Positions 58,165 to 64,000 of a stretch of DNA of 64,000 nucleotides are shown here, piece by piece; position 1 is the first letter of the stretch; the number at the start of each line of letters is the position of its first letter. The translations under genes were made by a program, and so were the position numbers. The stretch comes from Camelus ferus (Eukaryota). Below the pieces are notes generated by a model, which made no database searches, was not told where the DNA came from, and saw nothing but the letters and a program-made list of their open reading frames with translations. The stretch spans positions 96,226,001 through 96,290,000 of the forward strand of contig NC_045697.1 in assembly GCF_009834535.1 (NCBI RefSeq), given 5' to 3'.

Positions 58165-58926
58165 CAGTGTCTCAATTTCCTCAACTATGGGCATGCATTT
58201 ATTTTTAATTGAATAACTGCCTGGACCAAAATTACTCATTTATCTGTCTTATGTGTGATAACATTTTAAAGAAGCATTAATATGCAGCTTTTATGACTTG
58301 AGCCTAGAAATATTATGATTATGAACTAAATGACAGTATCAGTTGTCACACACAGTGGCCATGTATCAAGGAATCACACTGGCAAGAGGTAGAACAGCAG
58401 GTCCATTTGTTCAAATGCTCACTGAACATATGAGTGATTTTCTCTAACAAGGTCCCCAGGGAACCAACTTGCATCTATCACCGCCTGCATCCTAACTGGA
58501 AGATAACTATTTTAAACTCCTGCTAAAATATGTGATGTTTTAGGATTGAAATCAAGTACATGTCAGGAGCCAGAGAGAAATATACTGTTGGAATGCATAC
58601 CAGATAAAATGTGGTAAAAACCAGTAACTGTTCATCTCGTCAGATTTTCATATTTGTTCTTACATTTTATATATTATAAATACACGGTGATTTAAAAATA
58701 AGAAATGAAATTTCATAAAATTATTCTCTTAGAAAATCAGACACTTCAGTTTTCCTAAAATGTGTATATACAATTACAATTTTTAAGGTTCAAGTAATAT
58801 AAAACACAAACATAATACAGTAGGTAAGACTGTTAGTATTTTGCTGAACTAATTTTCTTCAACAAAATTCTTTCTTTTATGGGGCTTATTCTTTAGATAA
58901 GAGGAAAACCTTTAATTGATGAATAT

Positions 58927-59250
58927 TATGGCAGCCATAACCTATGGTGACCCCTAGGGATTCAGTGTTGTAAAGTTCTCTCCCTTTGAATGTGAGAGGC
59001 AGCTGTGATTTTTGTCTAAAACAATAGGATATGACAAAGGTGATGGGAGGTCACCTTTGATTAGTTGTATTATGTGAAAATTCATATTAGCATACTGGAA
59101 CATGAGATTTTCTGTGCTGGTTTTAAACGAGGCAAACTGTCATGTTATGAACTAACCATGGAGACAGTGAAGAAGGCCACATGGTAGGGGACAATAGTCT
59201 GCCTCTAGAACCTGAGCAGCTTTCATTCATAGCCTATAAAAACCTGGGGA
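58927..59250 (+). mobile_element. MLT1 (E/F/H-like) LTR, partial
   Basis: ctccctttgaatgtgagag..aacaataggatatgacaaaggtgatggga..gaaggccacatggtagg..gcctctagaacctgag. Confidence 0.7.
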
Positions 59251-59329
59251 TCAGAGGACCTGAGGGAAACTTGAGCTAGCAAATGCAGTAAGTTTGTGGT
59301 AGTCTTTTTTCCAGCACAAAAAGCTAATG

Positions 59330-60215
59330 CAATGTATATTTATTCATCCAGGGTTAACATGACTATATTGGCTTGAGCACCTTGCGGTGCCATTGATGTT
59401 CTGCCAGTTTGGCTGTAAACCTTGGACCAAATATTTAATGGTAATCTATGAGGATGAATTGTCAGGACTTCCTTGAATTATGTAAAGGAAGGAGTCCAAA
59501 GATTCAGGGAGATGGGCAGGTAGAATGTTCAAATTGCTCAGCCCTTTATCAACCGTAAGTCTGAGAGATACAGCTGGACACTTCCTTCATCAGGGTATTG
59601 ATATATGTGTAGCTGAACATCCCTGGAAAACTCTGTGGCTGCCTTCAAAGTATATTATGGCAGAGGATGTTTACATGGAAATTGGGTGCTCTGGCCTTAA
59701 TGAGATTACTGGGATTCAAGTATTACAGAGGTGGTGGTGCTTAACATTCCCAGATAATGTGGACTCAATACACAACAAATTAAAGAGAATTGAATAAATA
59801 AAGTATTTTGATGGATGGGCAATTTATTAAGAAATCTATTGGCATATATTGGTGGATAAATTCTATGTCTGATGAGCAGATACTTAATGTGAATAGATAT
59901 AGAAGCGATTTATGGCTTCTTAACTATTTCAGATGCAAACCTGTTTACATTCCCGAAATCTCTCAATTAAAGGGAAAGCTAAGTCTCTCCTGCAATGCAG
60001 TCACTGATCTATACTCTGAATCTTTCCCCAAACTTCCTCAGAAGTACTTGTTGCCATTTAACAGGTGACTACATTACAGAAAATGTAACTAGATCCTTTA
60101 CTGGAATTAAGAGATACTGTATCTGAACTGATATTAACCTCTGGTGATTAATATGTCACCACAATCTAGCAGTCACAGTAATGAGTATGAAGGTGATATG
60201 ATAAAGGTGTTCTGA
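59330..60215 (+). mobile_element. MaLR internal (MLT-int) remnant
   Basis: ggacttccttgaattatgtaaaggaaggagtccaaagattcagggagatggg and gatactgtatctgaactgatattaacctctgg resemble degenerate MaLR internal sequence downstream of an MLT1 LTR. Confidence 0.6.
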
Positions 60216-60349
60216 TAATCCCTTGTTGTAGAACTCGAAAATATAGTATCTTACAACAACAACAATCATTAATTTTATTTTATTCACAAATCTTCAACTT
60301 AGGCAAGATCCAGCATTATGTCTTGTCTCTGCTTCATATAACATCCATA

Positions 60350-61465
60350 TGATTTTGGTTTTATTTATTTTTCTAATTTGTTAAGGTGGTAGTTTAGATT
60401 GTTTATTTGAGATTTTTCTTGTTTTTTTGAAGGCTTGTATCACTATGAACTTCATTCTTAGGATTGCTTTTGCTACATAATATAGATTTTCTGTGGTTGT
60501 GTTTTCACTGTCATTTGTCTCAAGGAATTTTTAGTTTAGTTTTTTTTTTTTTTTTTCATCATTGACCCATTGTCTTTTTTTAGTACCAGTGGTGGGTTTT
60601 GGTAACAGGGTTTTTTTTTTTTTAGTACCAAAGCTACTTGGGACAGGACTCAAATTTCAGCCCTCCTTCTATAGTTTCTAGGACACTGGGAATGTGCTCA
60701 GATTTCAGCCCCACCACTGCTTGGGGGCAACCTGCCAGCAGTCAAGGCCTTTCAGAGCAATCCAAGGAGACAGCTATGGCTGGGAGCCATCCCTTCCCTC
60801 ACAAGAGCTCATTAACAATGGACTTTTATGGCAGGGTGTGCTCAGTGAGCTCCTGGAGAAGGAGTTTGCTACAGCCAAGTTCTGACCCTCCCTTCTTGTG
60901 ATCATGTTAACAATGGGGCTTTTATGGTGGACTTGTGCTTCATCCTGCATACACTCCAAGTTTTAGCTCATACTTCACTTAAGCCCCTTCAGGCTGTCTC
61001 CACACAGCCTATCCCAGTTCTCTCCCCTGGTCTGTCCTCTGAAGCCCGACCTTCAGCACCCTGTCCCGGAAGGCCTGCATTTTTGGCTAGAACTGCATGG
61101 AACCTCTGTGCTTGTTTCTCTGGTCTGTCTGCTGCAAAATGGCTTTTGTGCTCTCCTTTGAGCCTCTGAAACTCCCCTTCTGTCCCAGCTAATCTCTCCA
61201 CTGTTGAAGGAACTTCCCAGGATGAGGGCATTTTTCCTCTTTCACTGATCCATTCCTGAGGCACAGGTCCCATCCCAGTTCTGTTTTGTTTTGTTTTCGT
61301 TCTACCCGGTTACATGGAAATCTCTCTTGTAGTTTTGAATGTATGAGATCTGCCAAAATTCAGTAGCTGTTCTTTGAGAATTGTTCCACATGTAGATGTA
61401 TTTCTGATAAATTTATGGGAGAGGATGAGCTCCGTGACTTTTATTCTGCCATCACGAAGCTCTTC
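60350..61465 (-). mobile_element. internally deleted L1 derivative: 5'UTR (61465->~60630) joined to a short ORF2 segment (~60585->60350)
   Basis: Minus strand starts gatggcagaataaaagtcacggagctcatcctctcccataaatttatcagaaatacatctacatgtggaacaatt (cetartiodactyl-type L1 5' end), continues as GC-rich UTR, then caatgggtcaatgatg..ccttgagacaaatgacagtgaaaacacaacc..tctcaaataaacaatctaaac..aaattagaaaaa (ORF2). Confidence 0.75.
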
Positions 61466-61469
61466 TTCA

Positions 61470-61555
61470 GGTCCTATCTTCTGATACTGCCACATTGGGT
61501 ATTAGGATTTCAACATTTGAAATTTAGGGGGACACAAACATTCAAATCATAATAC
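61470..61555 (-). mobile_element. MLT1A/MST-type LTR 5' fragment
   Basis: cacattgggtattaggatttcaacatttgaaatttagggggacacaaacattcaaatcata. Confidence 0.7.
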
Positions 61556-64000
61556 TTGCTAGACAAATCTAAGGTTGTCAGGATAAGGCTTTATGTAAAA
61601 CTATCATGTAGATATCAGAAATGCATAGTAGCATAAAGGAATTAATTATTTATTTCAGAAATAGTTATTGTTACCATACATTGTGTTAGAAATACTATGG
61701 AGAACAAGAGAGAAAATTTTTGCCCTCAAAGAGTTTTTATTGTAATTGGGAAAGTAAAAAATAAATAAATATTAATTGCTAGATACTGCATATTCTACCT
61801 GGCATCTTATTTTTAAAAACAGAATCTTCTAATTAAGGGACTTCTATTCCTTTAGGTCTTTTAAAATGGGAGGCAATGGAATAACATGAGAAATACTCCT
61901 TGAACAATTTTAACACAAAATAAATACCTATTCTACGTGTAATTGGTCCAGAAATAAAATGTATGGCTTATCAACATACAGTATTTTTATTAAAACAGAG
62001 AGACCTGTGTTACATACAGAATTCCTTGATGACATGCTTTGCTTTCACTTAAATAGTAGTTACAATGGAAGGGGCCACAGGGTACCAGGCTTGTGTTTCA
62101 GGAGGCTAAGGATGGAAAAATATGAAGATACTAATCAAATATATCTCTTAGCTATATGGTGATTGACTCCCCTGTTTCAAAACATGCAGAATAAAACCTT
62201 TCTGAGCATGTGGCTATAATTTAACAATACAGAATAACTCTGTTGTGTTTACAGTGTTCTTCTGAACTGAGATTATCAGATTGGTCAGTTTTGTGATTAT
62301 TAGGTTTCAAATTCATATTCCCAAAGACCTCTCTTTAAAAAGGTATAAAAAGGCCTTTCAGGTTGTTTAAACAGTACGAACTGTGTACTTATTAAAATAG
62401 TATCATAAATAGGATTAATTCTTATTATTTTAGTTATTATCAACTATTATATGTGATTGACAATTAAAGCAAGCAGAAATACTAACATATTTATTCTTAT
62501 TCTTTCCCAAACTCCCTTTTTTGTTTAAACATTTAATTATACATAAGCGGTTTTTAAAACAGGAAGATAATTTTGAAACAATTTTTGGTATGTATGGAAG
62601 CAAAAAGCACAATAACAAATATCCTACTTAGTTCAGTGGATTGTTTTTTATATATATTTAAATTAACATGACTTTTTTCAATATTTGTCCTTTAAACATT
62701 CACAGTAACCATATAAATGCTATTGAATGAGCAAAAATATAAATTTTAAACAATTTTTATCCACACAGGAAAAATTTAAATTATATTCGTACTTATCACT
62801 GATTGCATACAAATCTTCTAACACATCTTGCATTCTTCCTCGCTTTGAAAATAAAAAAAAAAGTGAATTACAATTATTATAGTAGCTACTCTCCTTACAT
62901 TTAAATGCAGAATTCTGAATCAATGACAAGGCCTCAAATTGGTTAGTTTACAAAATATGCAGAAGTATAGAATGAGAAATCTGCAGCGTAATTACTGGCA
63001 GTTGAATAATGAATAAATTGTGCATGTTCAAACAAGTCCATTAATGTGACACATAAATTCATGAACATTTATGAGCAATTAATATTCTGAAAGTTAGTGG
63101 AAATGGTTATATTATCTTCCCTAAGGTAAAGTTATTTACATGCTCTGACCAACTTAATACTTCTGTCCTCAGACCTTTTATTTTTCTAATAAATGTAATT
63201 TTTTCATTTAAATCACAAATTAACTTAGTGTCCATAAATTGAGATTTATATTTTTGTATGAAACCACAGGCAGTTAGTTCATCTATATTTAGTATATCTC
63301 TGTTACCCATTAGACCAAACTAAACCATAAGTTTCACTATCAATGATCCTTAATATACCCAGGGAAAATAGTCAAATTCTCAAGACAATAATTTTTTTTT
63401 GTAAAAAATACCACCTCACAGAATTTATACACTGAATTGGAGCAATAGCAAAGTAAAATAAGAAAAAAAAAACTTCGCTGCTTCAACTTACTGTTATTTC
63501 TTTGATACAGAATTTTTAAACAGAAATATTATTATTAAGCTACAAAATCTAATAATACCGTATTTGACAACCCTTAATTTTCATGGTTGTTTCTGTAAAA
63601 TATCATAATCATTTTTAGAATAAAGATTTGGAATCAGAGAAAACATTTCTGGAATTTCTCTGATTCAATTTCAAAGTGTTCAAAAATATTTTTAACTATG
63701 TCCTCATATGTGAATTTAGGTAAATAGCCCACCAGAGAACAATTCTATTAATTTTTATTGTTTCTGATAAACTTTATAAAATTCCACCACAATGTGGACT
63801 TTATAGGATTTCAAATAATAATTTTAAGAGATTGGTTCCGCTCTTTGACTAAACATGACACAATCTCTATATAATAGATACTATTTCTTTAAAACCTGTG
63901 GTTAATCTCACTTCAAGAGCCATATGTGTTTTATTACCAAAACTACAAATTTATTGAAAATACCTTTTTGTAATAAATTTTTGCATTAGCATCTAGTTGC

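Noticed and set aside
59525..60068. Two tandem ORFs of 86-90 aa
   Set aside because: They lie in a decayed MaLR internal region with no intact gag/pol motifs.
60638..61495. Cluster of ORFs in GC-rich DNA that could suggest a gene or promoter
   Set aside because: Explained by L1 5'UTR sequence; CpGs are depleted and the peptides match nothing I recognise.

Overview
AT-rich, CpG-poor mammalian DNA with no recognisable protein-coding exon; it reads as intergenic or deep intronic sequence. A camelid-type tRNA-derived SINE and cetartiodactyl-type L1 ends suggest a camelid host (inference). The only gene-derived feature is a full-length, intronless, frameshifted GAPDH processed pseudogene on the minus strand (~35032-36318). 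It has a poly(A) tail, a candidate target-site duplication and a catalytic Cys->Gly change, and it adjoins or lies within an ancient L1. The rest is mostly transposon fossils (L1, L2, MIR, MaLR/ERVL LTRs, hAT and Tigger MITEs) and microsatellites, several of them nested. The least explained structures are two non-tandem local duplications (7271-7711 vs 24287-24708; 52768-52924 vs 54469-54623, whose first copy lies in a segment bracketed by a perfect 15-bp direct repeat) and an L1 derivative whose 5'UTR runs into ORF2 with no ORF1 (60350-61465). I see no evidence of a new multi-gene biological system. Repeat family names come from my memory of consensus sequences, not a database search, and old-repeat boundaries are approximate.
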